Below, one piece after another: positions 21,571 through 32,419 of a DNA stretch of 64,000 nucleotides. A program made the position numbers and the translations under genes. Under the pieces are notes generated by a model. It was not told the DNA's origin, made no database searches, and saw only the letters and a program-made list of their open reading frames with translations. Origin of the DNA: a virus; the IMG/VR virus record IMGVR_UViG_3300033056_000008, positions 46,387 through 110,386 of that record, one strand, 5' to 3'. Position 1 is the stretch's first letter, and each line of letters begins with the position of its first letter.

Positions 21571-22188
21571 CTACAAGAAGCTTGAGATATCTAATTCATC
21601 TTGTTTCTTATTGATTTTGGCTTTAACTTGTATGTCATTGGTCTGTTGTAAATCTGTGTTTTTTAGAACTCTTTCTTTATGTATTTCCTTTTGTTGATTT
21701 ACACTTTTTATTGTATTCTGCACTTCTACTAAACTATTAACCATTGTTCCAAAGAAGTATGTGAATACATTCCACTCTGTCTGTAAGTCAGTTTTGTATT
21801 CTCTGATATTCTCTAAACGTGGCTCTATATATTGATATGTCTCTAACATCGCCCAATATGGCACTCCACTTTTATACCTTTTTACTTTTTTATTTTGAAC
21901 TTTTACAGTACCGTTTCTTAAATCTTGAATACGTTCCATCATTCTTCCGTCTAAAGCGTCTAACTTATGCAGATTACAAAGATATTCATACAGTTTACTT
22001 AGTTCTTCCGCTTCTTTTTCTTTAAATTTCTTATCTGCTAAAAAATGCTTATAACAATCATGATGGTAATATTTCTTATCCACTTTCTCTTTCCCACTTT
22101 GTAATAGTTTTCCTGTCTTTCTTTCAGTAAAGAACATAGTGTCCTTTTCTGCCGTCTTTTCGCACCATCTACATTTAACTTGTCGCAT
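21571..22188 (-). CDS. Replication-cluster protein (YorH-like)
   Basis: N-terminal CRWC...HHDC; syntenic position. Confidence 0.7.
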   Translation of the reverse strand: MRQVKCRWCEKTAEKDTMFFTERKTGKLLQSGKEKVDKKYYHHDCYKHFLADKKFKEKEAEELSKLYEYLCNLHKLDALDGRMMERIQDLRNGTVKVQNKKVKRYKSGVPYWAMLETYQYIEPRLENIREYKTDLQTEWNVFTYFFGTMVNSLVEVQNTIKSVNQQKEIHKERVLKNTDLQQTNDIQVKAKINKKQDELDISSFL

Positions 22189-22213
22189 TATTTCACCACC
22201 AATTTAAATCAAT

Positions 22214-22239
22214 TAGGGTAGATAAAAGCACCTACCCTA
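22214..22239. terminator. Intergenic hairpin
   Basis: TAGGGTAG-N10-CTACCCTA. Confidence 0.45.
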
Positions 22240-22249
22240 TTTAGTTTTA

Positions 22250-23401
22250 TTATTTAATTTCTTTAACGATTTCTAGAGCAATCTTTAAATTATCAGCGTT
22301 TCCGGCTTCTTGTTTATAATTATTAACTCCAAATTTTTCTTTAAATTTAGTAGCAGCTAATGATTTCTGCTCTCTTGTCATACTTGAAATAACATCTTCA
22401 ATCTGTGACATGATTTCAATTGGGCTGTTCTCCAACTTATCATTTAATTCCTCGACTTTTTCTTTTCTTTCTTGCTCTTCTTCTACTTTAATTTCTTCGA
22501 CTGTTTTTGTAGTCTTTTTCAATTGCCCTTTTACCGCTTCTTCGAAGACTTGAAGGAAGTTTTCTGCACTGTATTCAACTTTATCTGGAAGGTTGGTGTA
22601 TCTACCTCCTGCGATCTCAATGTACTCAGAAGGTCGGAAATACATCATCGTTCTTGTTTCATGGAAGTTAGTTGCCCTTTCTCTTCCTTTTTTATCCTTG
22701 ATGTTGTCGTCTAATTCATTACCGTTCTTATCAAGTACTGTTGTTTCGTTATGTAAGCAGCAGATTAAGCTAGCTTGGGATTCGAATACCTTTTTACCTG
22801 TACCAGCCATCATTAACTGAATAGCATTGTATTTCAAACCATTATGTAATATCGTTTCTTTTTCTTTAGTCCATCCGATATAAAATAATCCGTAACCCGC
22901 TTTCTTAAGAGTGTCAAATGGCTTTTTCAATTCATCGTATAGTGCTGTCCATCCATTTTCCTTGCCGTTAGTTGATTCCGAAATATCTTGCAGAGATTCA
23001 AAGGTCTTTGCATACTTCTTATTACGATCATTAAGTACCCAAGCTGAACAAGCATCAATTGCTCTATCGACTGTATCCACCCCAATTAGCTTAACAATGC
23101 GTCCTTCTTTTGCCTCTTTCACTAACTCAGGTACTACTTCTTTCTTAAAGACATCCCAAACTTTCCAAAGCTCTTTATCGGTACCTTCTTCGTGTAACGG
23201 TACAATGTTGTCAAGTTCCCAGGTTTCATACCCGTCCTCGAAAGCCAATAGTAGGCTTTCTTCAGGAGAGTTATAATGTAGTTCCGTTACTTCCTTCCAT
23301 AAACGAGTTTTACCAGTTTTGTAACCTCCAGCTACTAGTGTAATAATTGATTGTAATTCAACTTTCGGTACGTTATTTTTAATCTTTTTTCTGAATCCCA
23401 T
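22250..23401 (-). CDS. AAA_24/Sak4-like ATPase (YorG-like)
   Basis: GGYKTGKT Walker A, GVDTVD Walker B; syntenic. Confidence 0.8.
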   Translation of the reverse strand: MGFRKKIKNNVPKVELQSIITLVAGGYKTGKTRLWKEVTELHYNSPEESLLLAFEDGYETWELDNIVPLHEEGTDKELWKVWDVFKKEVVPELVKEAKEGRIVKLIGVDTVDRAIDACSAWVLNDRNKKYAKTFESLQDISESTNGKENGWTALYDELKKPFDTLKKAGYGLFYIGWTKEKETILHNGLKYNAIQLMMAGTGKKVFESQASLICCLHNETTVLDKNGNELDDNIKDKKGRERATNFHETRTMMYFRPSEYIEIAGGRYTNLPDKVEYSAENFLQVFEEAVKGQLKKTTKTVEEIKVEEEQERKEKVEELNDKLENSPIEIMSQIEDVISSMTREQKSLAATKFKEKFGVNNYKQEAGNADNLKIALEIVKEIK

Positions 23402-23458
23402 TATGTACATCGCTCCTAATTAGTTTAATTTATGAAATATAATTAATTTATTTTATCA

Positions 23459-24802
23459 TCAGAATGGAAGATCATCTTCTTTAATCTCTACGTCTGCAAA
23501 TGGATCATCATTATCGGATACTTGCTCACTAATTTCTTCTTCTGTCAGTAATCCTCTTTTAAATGTACCTACAATGTAACGAAGAACTTCTAACCCTTTT
23601 TTAGTCCCTGTTGAAACTTGTTCAAAATCTGAAACCTTTTCCTCTACATCTGCAAATGGGTTATCGTCATCAGCTTCTTGTACTTCCACTAACGCAAACT
23701 CTGCTCTATTATTATCAATTCCTTCTGCTACAAAGAAGTCTAATCGCTGCAGTCTGCTAAATGCTGTGGAAAGTGGTGTTTTTCCATCTGCTGCCTCTTT
23801 ATAATAAACAATCAATTCAACGTCTTTAGGAACTGATTTATCCTTACCGTAATCAAGGTAAACTCCGTTAATTTTTGTATCAAGTGTTGTATCGTCTTGA
23901 TATGTGCTTTTAATTCCGACCTGCATCTCAAAAGAGTTAATTTCTGTAAACCCTTCTCCTTTAAAGTCACGAACATATGTAACGTACTCGTACCCACCAT
24001 CAGCCTTCTGCAGTCTGATTTGACTATCTGTATTATTGATAACTGTTATTCTTCCGTTTTCAACTTTTCCTTCGCTGTATGTTTGTTCTGTTCGTTTTCC
24101 TTCAACCTCATCTTCAACTTTGCATATGTATAGCTTTCCGCCTTCTGGGTTCAACCAACCGACTCTTACAATTGCTTTACCTTCTTTATCCCCTTTGCCC
24201 ATTCCAAGGTAATTTCCATCAGTTTCAGAATCATAAGCTCTGAAAATATCATTCTCTTTAACTCCTGAAATATGAACTTCTCCGTTCTTCAGCGGGAAGA
24301 TACGATCCACAATACGTTTTACTGTTTTGACTTCTTCTCCATCATTATTCTCAAACTTATCGAATTCGTAATGTCCGCTAACTTCAACCCACATATCTTT
24401 TTGGACTAGTTTACCGAAGCGTTCAACTTTGTCCCAATCGGTCTCGATTAAGTGGTATGTATCATCAGGATATTTTGTTTTGTCGTATCGATCAGCCCAG
24501 TCAATTTTATGATTTTTCTTATGTGTCGAACTATAAACGTTAGCTTTAGGCTGTTCCATCCCAGCTAATTCTAACTTTAACTCGTTCTTAAATGCTGTTT
24601 CGATATTAAACTGTAATACTCGTCTTTCTTTATCTGTGCGTGTTATCGTGGTATCAAAGATTTCTACATCGTACCAGCTATCTGACTCATCCTTTTTTCT
24701 TACGGGTTTTACAAGTCCTACAAAATGAAAGTTATTAGTGAATTCCTTTCCGTTATGTACCTTGTTTAATTTAATGTCGCCTTTGTTTTTCTTTTTAGCC
24801 AT
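23459..24802 (-). CDS. Putative ssDNA-binding protein (YorF-like)
   Basis: Beta-rich body, acidic tail ending DDLPF; syntenic. Confidence 0.7.
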   Translation of the reverse strand: MAKKKNKGDIKLNKVHNGKEFTNNFHFVGLVKPVRKKDESDSWYDVEIFDTTITRTDKERRVLQFNIETAFKNELKLELAGMEQPKANVYSSTHKKNHKIDWADRYDKTKYPDDTYHLIETDWDKVERFGKLVQKDMWVEVSGHYEFDKFENNDGEEVKTVKRIVDRIFPLKNGEVHISGVKENDIFRAYDSETDGNYLGMGKGDKEGKAIVRVGWLNPEGGKLYICKVEDEVEGKRTEQTYSEGKVENGRITVINNTDSQIRLQKADGGYEYVTYVRDFKGEGFTEINSFEMQVGIKSTYQDDTTLDTKINGVYLDYGKDKSVPKDVELIVYYKEAADGKTPLSTAFSRLQRLDFFVAEGIDNNRAEFALVEVQEADDDNPFADVEEKVSDFEQVSTGTKKGLEVLRYIVGTFKRGLLTEEEISEQVSDNDDPFADVEIKEDDLPF

Positions 24803-24869
24803 ATGTATAATTTCCTCCTTGATAATCCTTGTTATTTTAGTTTGTTATGTATTTCTTTCTCATAAAAAT

Positions 24870-25610
24870 TTAATCTATGATATTTAATCTTGCTTTCCTA
24901 CCCAATAGTTCTATTGCTCTGATGTTATAAGCCAAAGCAGCTTCTTCTTCGCTTTGGAACCTTCCGATTATTTCTCTATTGTACTTGTGGCAAATTTGAG
25001 CTAACCACCGATTATCGGATTTACTGTATGACACTCCTCTGTAGGTAGACGTTTCATTAGTTCCACGTTTATATTTCATCTATTCAGATTTATCCATGAA
25101 AGGGATATTTGAATTTATATTCGCAAATTCTTTTTGGATTCTTTCTGCGTGGTAATTGTAACAGTTAGCTGCTGCTATTTCAGAGTCGAAAAGTCCTAGT
25201 TTAATTACTTTACCACTATCTCCAATTTGTGTTATCCAAGCCTTATCGATTTCACTCCAATGAACGCCCTTATAGCTAGAAGTAACTTTTCTGCCTTTAT
25301 ATATTTCTTGAATTTTTCTATTCATCATGTTCTCTTGATGAGTACAATATCTTAAGTTTTCTCTTCTATTGTCTAACTTGTTGCTATTTATGTGATCAAT
25401 TACATATTTACCTCTGATTGTTCGTTCCTGAATAATTATATTATGTAATTTACCAGATCGAAGACCCATGTTCTTCTGTTTCAGAGTACATACTACATAA
25501 CCACTCTTATCTACCTTAATGTCATAAAAGAAAACAATGAATGGATAATCTACTTCACTAACCAATACTTTAGTTCCATCAGACAATATAATTTCGCTTA
25601 TAACCAACAC
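24870..25610 (-). pseudogene. HNH-AP2-AP2 homing endonuclease split by in-frame TAG at 25082-25080
   Basis: IDHINSNKLDNRRENLR HNH; two AP2 units (SSYKGV..., STYRGV...); the TAG is immediately followed by an in-frame ATG. Confidence 0.8.
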
Positions 25611-25715
25611 TCCTTTTCATTCAATTAATTTATTTTACATTCTTACACTTCTTAGATGACTGGTGGATCTTTACCACTTTCTTTCATTTCATCATCTCCT
25701 TTTTCTTACTCTCTT

Positions 25716-25765
25716 ATTATATTAAGTTATCTATATTAAATCAAGTGTTTTAATTAATTTATTTT
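25716..25765 (-). promoter_or_regulatory. Sigma-A promoter of the replication operon with upstream AAAATAAATTAATT
   Basis: TTGATT (25744-25739), 17 nt, TATAAT (25721-25716). Confidence 0.75.
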
Positions 25766-26040
25766 AAATTATTTTTTTTTTGTTCTTCGATATCCTTAAC
25801 AGACACCTTAAATCCATTATTATCACTAATTCCCCAATGAATATGATTACCTTTACCTAGTGTTTCAAAATTAATAATCATGTTAAAACCCTCGTCTTTT
25901 ACTTTGTTAAAATCAATAATACCATTCAGTTCGTACTTTTTAGGTACAAGGATCGTTATATCTTTCTCATTCATATCTGGAAAATCAACTCGCACCAACG
26001 CACCTTCATCGTGAACCTTACTTTGCATAGTTTTCTTCAC
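25759..26040 (-). CDS. Hypothetical phage protein
   Basis: GGAGGT RBS, GTG start. Confidence 0.65.
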   Translation of the reverse strand: MKKTMQSKVHDEGALVRVDFPDMNEKDITILVPKKYELNGIIDFNKVKDEGFNMIINFETLGKGNHIHWGISDNNGFKVSVKDIEEQKKNNLK

Positions 26041-26073
26041 ATAAATACCTCCTTTTTCACTTTAAAATCATCA

Positions 26074-26787
26074 TTATATTGCAAATTTATTAAGTAGTTC
26101 TCCTTGATTGTTAACGACAATACCATTTAACTGTCCACCAAAGACGGAACCGCCGTCTATGTTTATGTATTTATTTCCTTCATCAACCCATATACCATTA
26201 CTCTTATCTTTATGTAGCAACTGAGTAGGCGTGTGACCGTATACAATGGTCTTACCAGTCTCATTCTTATGATTCCACCAACCTCTGTTCCAGTAGAACT
26301 TGTGAGATTCTGTCTTTTTCCAATCTGAAATGAATGGATCAATTCCTGCATGTACAAATAATACATTGCCGAATTCATAGTAATCTTTTAGACTCCTAAT
26401 AAACTTAATCTCCTCTATACGCTGCTTAATAAGTCTTGCTCGTTCTTCATAGCTCTGAAACATTATATGCTCATCATCAGCAAATTCCCATGCTGTAGTA
26501 TTACCGCCATTTCTAAAATACAACTCGCCATAATCATACCCTGGCTCATCAATGAAGTTAAGTAACATATCCTCATGATTTCCTTTTAACGTAACAACCT
26601 GATTACCGTACAACTTTTTCAGCTTCATGGCTTCTTGAACAACTTTTAATGAGTTCTTACCTCTGTCAATCATATCCCCTAAGATAAACAATCGCTGTGT
26701 CTCTCTATTCCAGTGTTCAAGTAATTGTATAAATTGATCATATTGTCCGTGTATGTCACTTACTGCGAATGCTTCAGTTAGTTTCAA
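26074..26787 (-). CDS. Metallophosphoesterase (lambda/PrpA-like Ser/Thr phosphatase)
   Basis: SDIHG, GDMIDRG, GNHE, HAG, GHTP, IDGG. Confidence 0.92.
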   Translation of the reverse strand: MKLTEAFAVSDIHGQYDQFIQLLEHWNRETQRLFILGDMIDRGKNSLKVVQEAMKLKKLYGNQVVTLKGNHEDMLLNFIDEPGYDYGELYFRNGGNTTAWEFADDEHIMFQSYEERARLIKQRIEEIKFIRSLKDYYEFGNVLFVHAGIDPFISDWKKTESHKFYWNRGWWNHKNETGKTIVYGHTPTQLLHKDKSNGIWVDEGNKYINIDGGSVFGGQLNGIVVNNQGELLNKFAI

Positions 26788-26816
26788 TAAATCACTTCCT
26801 TTAAAATTTTATTTTA

Positions 26817-27368
26817 TTAAACCCAGACTTCTCTTCTTTCTATCTTAACTTTTTTATGTATTTCTTTAGTATGCCATTGTCCACACCAATTACAGCGTCT
26901 TGTATTATTAATATATGTATATCTTTCTTGACCATTATCTCCTCTAAGCCATCTACTGTGGGTACGATCAAATAAACATCTGCCATCCTTTTCGTAATTT
27001 GAAAAGAACCACTCTGTTACATCATTTAAATCATTATCTGACCATGGCAGATAGTACTGATTTTCTTTTCCTGTCCGCAAAATCTCTGAAAGAAAGTAAC
27101 CTGTTTTGCCTCCAAAAGGGCTTATTATAATTTGCATTATGTCTGCTTGATTACTGTCTATTGAAATTTGTTGTCCATCCCATCTAGACTTATTTAACCA
27201 ATAAACCTTTAGCTGCTTAGGAACATATTTTCCTATATCTTTTTGTTTTAATTGTTTGTGCAAGAAGTTGTATAGATACCAACTGTATTTATCAGATTCT
27301 CCTTTATTTGCTGGTTTAATAGCCTTTAGATTCATATTTCTCCTCCTTAATTTCAAGATACAATTCAC
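26817..27368 (-). CDS. Hypothetical phage protein
   Basis: Co-oriented ORF; true start may be ATG near 27335. Confidence 0.7.
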   Translation of the reverse strand: MNCILKLRRRNMNLKAIKPANKGESDKYSWYLYNFLHKQLKQKDIGKYVPKQLKVYWLNKSRWDGQQISIDSNQADIMQIIISPFGGKTGYFLSEILRTGKENQYYLPWSDNDLNDVTEWFFSNYEKDGRCLFDRTHSRWLRGDNGQERYTYINNTRRCNWCGQWHTKEIHKKVKIERREVWV

Positions 27369-27381
27369 GTTTTAATGTATT

Positions 27382-27672
27382 TTAAACAAGTTGATAATTA
27401 ATTACTTTCCCATCTCTTGTAACTGCATTAAAGGATACAATCTCAATGTTACGATCTTCTAATAATCTATGTATTTCTGCATTTATACTATTTTTCAAAT
27501 AGAATGATTTATCTAAGCCAGTTCTACTTGCTATTAGTTCCTCTCCTTTTTTATTTATAAAATAGACACTATGAGCATCAATCCTTTGAATTCGATAAGT
27601 CCTAGAGGACATATCCCTATTGTCAAATATATCACTAGGCTTTAGAATTAATTCCATACCTTCAAGTAACAC
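27382..27672 (-). CDS. Hypothetical phage protein
   Basis: GAGGAG RBS. Confidence 0.65.
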   Translation of the reverse strand: MLLEGMELILKPSDIFDNRDMSSRTYRIQRIDAHSVYFINKKGEELIASRTGLDKSFYLKNSINAEIHRLLEDRNIEIVSFNAVTRDGKVINYQLV

Positions 27673-27684
27673 GGATTCTCCTCC

Positions 27685-27966
27685 TTACTGTACGTTCGTT
27701 TTACCGTGTGCTTTCACAATGTTATTGATAAACTCTTCAGTTAATACCTCTTTTTCTAAACCCTGTAACTCAATGTCTATTTCTTCTTTCCAAAGTTTCA
27801 AAAGTGCCAGAGCACCCGATTGCTTAGTTTCTAATTCCTTATCAATTGTTTTACCTAACATGAGCAATATATTACCTTTTGCTTCCTCTTCTGCTTTAAC
27901 TTTTAACTGTGTTAATACAGCTTTTCTATACGTTAGTTCCATATATCTAAATTGATTGTTATTCAT
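27685..27966 (-). CDS. Hypothetical phage protein
   Basis: GGAGG RBS. Confidence 0.65.
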   Translation of the reverse strand: MNNNQFRYMELTYRKAVLTQLKVKAEEEAKGNILLMLGKTIDKELETKQSGALALLKLWKEEIDIELQGLEKEVLTEEFINNIVKAHGKTNVQ

Positions 27967-28048
27967 TTAAACCTCCTATTAAAAAATTAGTTTTATCCAA
28001 ACATTATGTACAAGAAGGAGGATATTCCTCCTCCCACTTATGATTTAA

Positions 28049-28438
28049 TTATTTATCTAACTCTTCTAACATAGCTTTAAGTTCATCGACTGATTTATTC
28101 TGCAGACTCTCATCTTGCTTAGTTGACAAGATTTCTAAGATTTTGTCTTTTTGTTCTTTTTGTGCTTTAGCTTTTAATCTCAAGTCATTCTCTGCCAATT
28201 TAACATTAACAATATATTTAACAATTTCAATTTTTGCTTCTAAATCTTTATCTTCTTTTGTCTTAGTATCTAGTAAACTCTCTTCCTTAACTTTTTTCAT
28301 CTCTGAATTTAAGCCTTTGAATATCAAATCTAAATTTTGTACTGATAAATCCCATAAATCTTCTACACTAATTAATCCTTTAAAAGTAAATCTCATCTTT
28401 GATCTAGTAGCTACCTCAAACATTTTTTCAATAGTCAT
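28049..28438 (-). CDS. Conserved helical phage protein, partner of the 680-aa gene
   Basis: RF..KGLISVEDLWDL motif; AAGGAG RBS. Confidence 0.75.
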   Translation of the reverse strand: MTIEKMFEVATRSKMRFTFKGLISVEDLWDLSVQNLDLIFKGLNSEMKKVKEESLLDTKTKEDKDLEAKIEIVKYIVNVKLAENDLRLKAKAQKEQKDKILEILSTKQDESLQNKSVDELKAMLEELDK

Positions 28439-28471
28439 AATAAACTTCTACTCCTTTATAATTAATTTATT

Positions 28472-30514
28472 TTAAAATTTAACTTTAATAACTCTTTCAG
28501 TCTGACCTTTTACTTTAACCAATAATTCGTTTCTCTTAGTTGCTGAGAATCCTAATCCCGATAACTGATCAGCTACTTGCATTACTGCCATTTTACCTCC
28601 TAATGCCTCAAACACACGTTTATGTTTCACTAAATCTTCCTTCAAAAACTCATTATAGAATCCATTTGGATTTTCTGGATTTACACAATCTTTTAACATG
28701 AAGAAATAATGTTTATGCCCGATTCCCTTTTGTTCATTCCAATAGTTAGGTGATAACATAACCACAGATACCGGAACAAATTGATTTGTTTTTAATTCCC
28801 ATACTTCTTTTGAAGTTACGTTTGAAGGCAATTTTTCTTTAATAGTAAATTTATCACCATCAAACTGTACTTCAGCAACTGTTACATTCTCACTATTTCT
28901 TAGTTCTTTGTTGTATACAAACGAATATATTTGTCCATCAAACTCAATTTCAGCTCTAAATCCACTTCTACCTCCTCTGTGGCTAAAGTTATGAACGAAG
29001 AATTTATAGGTACCTTTTGACATTCTGCTTTTATCTGTCCAGGTAATATTTTCAACAGCAGGCGTGTTTCTTGTAGGAGTTATAATGTCGACATCCAGTT
29101 CACCTGTAGTGTATCTGTTTGTTTTGTTTCCGTAATATATTTCATTGCCATTTGGCTCGTAACAATGAGCATCTAGATCATTCCCATCTTGGTCAACATC
29201 ATTCCATTGAATAGAAAATCGCAATACTCCTTCTACGTTACCTCCTGCAGATTTGACTCTTTCCCTCATGGAGCTATCCGTTATATTCCCTGAATAAGCC
29301 CAACTGAAAGCATTGTCCCATTTAAACATTGTTTTACTATCTTCATTTTCTGGTGCTATTAATGAAACCATATTGTTTGAATGTTTATTTTCCAAGAAAA
29401 CCTCTACTTCTCTTGCTGTTGGTAATACGTTATTAACAAAATCCTCTACTGGAATTTCTTCTACTTTAGAGAACTTTTTAGGATTAACTGTAATTTGAGT
29501 AGACATTTCTTCGAATATATCTAAACCACCGATTCTTTTAGCAGCATCTTTATTCGAGAATAAAATATTGTTTACAGTTATATCATCCAATTTAGCATAT
29601 CTTCTATTCAGTGAACTTAAATACCCTAAGTCTTCAATTGTTTTCTTGGCATCTTCTAGCATCTTTTTTGTAAAAATTGCTTTCGGTCTTTTGTAATTAA
29701 CTGGTGCAACAATAACTTCGTATTTTCTAACTGCAGTATCTAAATCCATACCTTCGCTAATATTGATTAAAAGTGTACCGATACTATGATTCTTAATTCT
29801 ACCAATCGCTGCACCTACATTTACTGATTGTTCCCAAGTATAATTATCTTTTTCTTGACTTGTGCCCAATCTATCAAATGCTTTTTTATATTTTAAAAAC
29901 TCGGTTAAAACACCTTTCCACTCTTCACCCTTATATAGTGAATTCTGTGAAATTAGTTCCAGAACTGTTAATAAGCTATCTTCTGAAATCTCATCTAATG
30001 ATCTTTTAAAAACATTCCTAGTATCTCTTAACTCTCCTTTTACTTCTGCATCCGACTTTGAGCTTCTATTTAAAAACTTATTTGGTAGTTCGAGATAGAA
30101 GTGATCCCACTCTGTTACGTTACCATTCTCTAATTGTTCGTAATTACTATCTGTTCCTATTTTCTTAAATTTACTTATCCAAACTTCTGATACTGCTTTA
30201 GATTTAACATATGTAGATAGTACTTGAACTACTGGTTTGAAGGTATCATCTTCAATTTCAAAATCCCAAATACTAGATATCACATTATCTTTAATAACTA
30301 CTGCATTACCAATACTTTTAACGAATTGTCTGCAGCAACTACAGTCAAATTCTCTTCTTTCTCTATAAATCTCGTTTGTTCCTTCTGGGAAACTATCTAA
30401 ATATAAATTCCACATTTCCTCTTTATCCAGATTTACTTCAAATAAATGTGAAGCATCTTTAGTCATTTTCGTAAAATTCCCCTGTAACAATTCTTTAAAG
30501 TGTTTAAATCCCAT
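28472..30514 (-). CDS. Large conserved phage protein with DUF2135/YfaP-like C-terminal domain
   Basis: 680 aa; FDCSCC; LRFSIQW...DLDAHC...LDVD...AVENITW...YKFFVHNF. Confidence 0.75.
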   Translation of the reverse strand: MGFKHFKELLQGNFTKMTKDASHLFEVNLDKEEMWNLYLDSFPEGTNEIYRERREFDCSCCRQFVKSIGNAVVIKDNVISSIWDFEIEDDTFKPVVQVLSTYVKSKAVSEVWISKFKKIGTDSNYEQLENGNVTEWDHFYLELPNKFLNRSSKSDAEVKGELRDTRNVFKRSLDEISEDSLLTVLELISQNSLYKGEEWKGVLTEFLKYKKAFDRLGTSQEKDNYTWEQSVNVGAAIGRIKNHSIGTLLINISEGMDLDTAVRKYEVIVAPVNYKRPKAIFTKKMLEDAKKTIEDLGYLSSLNRRYAKLDDITVNNILFSNKDAAKRIGGLDIFEEMSTQITVNPKKFSKVEEIPVEDFVNNVLPTAREVEVFLENKHSNNMVSLIAPENEDSKTMFKWDNAFSWAYSGNITDSSMRERVKSAGGNVEGVLRFSIQWNDVDQDGNDLDAHCYEPNGNEIYYGNKTNRYTTGELDVDIITPTRNTPAVENITWTDKSRMSKGTYKFFVHNFSHRGGRSGFRAEIEFDGQIYSFVYNKELRNSENVTVAEVQFDGDKFTIKEKLPSNVTSKEVWELKTNQFVPVSVVMLSPNYWNEQKGIGHKHYFFMLKDCVNPENPNGFYNEFLKEDLVKHKRVFEALGGKMAVMQVADQLSGLGFSATKRNELLVKVKGQTERVIKVKF

Positions 30515-30607
30515 TGGTTAATCTCCCCTTTTATTTTGTAAGTTTAAGTATCTTATGTATATTCTATGGTGGAGTGAGTAACTCACCTGCTGATAACTTA
30601 TGTATTT

Positions 30608-30636
30608 AATATAATTTATTTTATACTAAATATCAA
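30608..30636 (-). promoter_or_regulatory. Sigma-A promoter with AAAATAAAT in the spacer
   Basis: TTGATA (30636-30631), 17 nt, TATATT (30613-30608). Confidence 0.7.
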
Positions 30637-30778
30637 CCCTTTTAATTAATTTATATTTTATTATTTATAATGAAATGTGGTTTTTATTGTGTTAATTTAA
30701 CGATCCAACAAGCTGTTGCAAATGTAATTCCAAATAGAGCCCCTATAATAAACCCAATGAAATATTTATCTAAATGTT

Positions 30779-31075
30779 TCATATTAACTCCTCATTGGTA
30801 TATTCAACCCATTTAGCCCAATAATCCCAATCATATCCTTCCTGTCTAGGAGTACTGACTTTCATTTTATCTTCATCAACAGTTATAGCAGCTCTCTTTA
30901 ATACAACATAATCTTCGAAATCATCTGTGCTAACTACTAATTCTACATATGAATCTTCGTGAACACCTTCTCCCATCTCATTATCTTTAGTCATTTCATA
31001 TTGCGCCAGTGCTTTGTTATAATCAACAAATTCTTGACTACCCCATGATTCTGTATCAACTCTAAATTTCTTCAT
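30779..31075 (-). CDS. Acidic hypothetical protein
   Basis: GGAGG RBS. Confidence 0.7.
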   Translation of the reverse strand: MKKFRVDTESWGSQEFVDYNKALAQYEMTKDNEMGEGVHEDSYVELVVSTDDFEDYVVLKRAAITVDEDKMKVSTPRQEGYDWDYWAKWVEYTNEELI

Positions 31076-31192
31076 TTATATTCCTCCATATTCATATTAA
31101 AACATCGGTTTTAACTTATTTTTCATCTCCAATAGTTGCCTATTTCTTCATGCAAATAACCACCTATATCCCCTTTAATTTTTTCTTCGTCG

Positions 31193-31438
31193 TTATAAAG
31201 GATAGTAGTTTTCACCCTTTCCTTTATAGTAATCCTTATCTTCCTCATTGGTACATGGAGCAACAATGAATCCAGGTAGAGCCATGCTGCATCCGTCTAA
31301 CACAGACATAATTGAAAAGACGACTCCTTCCATCGCTTTCTTTTTATCTGATTCAACTTTGTCCCAATAGTCTACCAATGAAGCAACATGTGATAAAAAT
31401 TCTTTTCTACTTTCTTCAGTTGTTTTTTCTCTAGACAT
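31193..31438 (-). CDS. Hypothetical phage protein
   Basis: AGGAGG RBS. Confidence 0.65.
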   Translation of the reverse strand: MSREKTTEESRKEFLSHVASLVDYWDKVESDKKKAMEGVVFSIMSVLDGCSMALPGFIVAPCTNEEDKDYYKGKGENYYPL

Positions 31439-31480
31439 AATAACTCCTCCTATAATATCTGTACAAGGGAGAAGCCTTCC

Positions 31481-31723
31481 TCACACAGTTGGTCTATTCT
31501 TCTTCCAATCTTTCCAATCCGTATCAAACCCAACAATCAACTCATTTAATTTATTTTCATTATCTCCACTAGGATTAACAGATCCATCTTCCCAACGCTG
31601 TACAGTGTACGTACTAACTCCTAACAGACTTGCTACATCTGGTTGACTTAACCCCTTATCTTTCCGAAACTTCTTAATCGGATTACCCTTTTTCCATTCT
31701 GACAGCTTCTTCTTGATCTCCAT
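31481..31723 (-). CDS. XRE/Cro HTH regulator
   Basis: FRKDKGLSQPDVASLLGVSTYTVQRWEDG. Confidence 0.88.
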   Translation of the reverse strand: MEIKKKLSEWKKGNPIKKFRKDKGLSQPDVASLLGVSTYTVQRWEDGSVNPSGDNENKLNELIVGFDTDWKDWKKNRPTV

Positions 31724-31754
31724 ATGACCACCTCATTCTGTTATTAATACAGTA

Positions 31755-32277
31755 TATGTTGTGGTGGTTGTTCACTTGATACCTATTTTAATAAATTTAT
31801 CAATGTGTCTTTTTTACGCTCCAATTGCTTAATCCATTCCTCATCAAATGTCATCTCAGCAACGTATAGCAAACTATTAATATCAATAATCATGTCACTA
31901 ATCACACTGAAATCAAACGTCACATTATAATACTCAACTTCATACCCTTCATTCTTACGCTTATCAAATGTAGCCTTTGTTATCTTCTTCTTTACTCCCC
32001 ATACACCTGATTCAATCAAATATACCCTCTTAAAGTAATCCTCGATACCCAAATCCTCATTACGTTCACAAATATATTTAACCTTGTTTTTAGATAAGTT
32101 CATTCCATTCATCCACCTTTACATCACAATTTTTACAATAATCTTTAGCTTCCTTCCAGCAATACGGACATTTATTTTCAGCACATTCGCTTTCAAGTAG
32201 TTGGTCAATTATCATTTCAAATTTAATCATTGTATTATCTCCCTCATGTTTGATAATACATAGTATGTTGTGGTGGT
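31755..32277. repeat. 14-bp exact direct repeat TATGTTGTGGTGGT (31755-31768 and 32264-32277)
   Basis: Read directly; each copy lies just upstream of a minus-strand gene start. Confidence 0.8.
31783..32112 (-). CDS. Hypothetical phage protein
   Basis: AAGGTGG RBS. Confidence 0.65.
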   Translation of the reverse strand: MNGMNLSKNKVKYICERNEDLGIEDYFKRVYLIESGVWGVKKKITKATFDKRKNEGYEVEYYNVTFDFSVISDMIIDINSLLYVAEMTFDEEWIKQLERKKDTLINLLK

Positions 32278-32419
32278 GTATGTGGTGTTGGTTGTTATGA
32301 AAATGGGCGAGTGACCTGAACTATCACATTCTCATTAATGTGTATCAGTTAATTTATTTATTCCCTTTTAAGGAAGTTACCTATAATTAATAGGTTATCC
32401 TTTCATTATTTCATTACTG

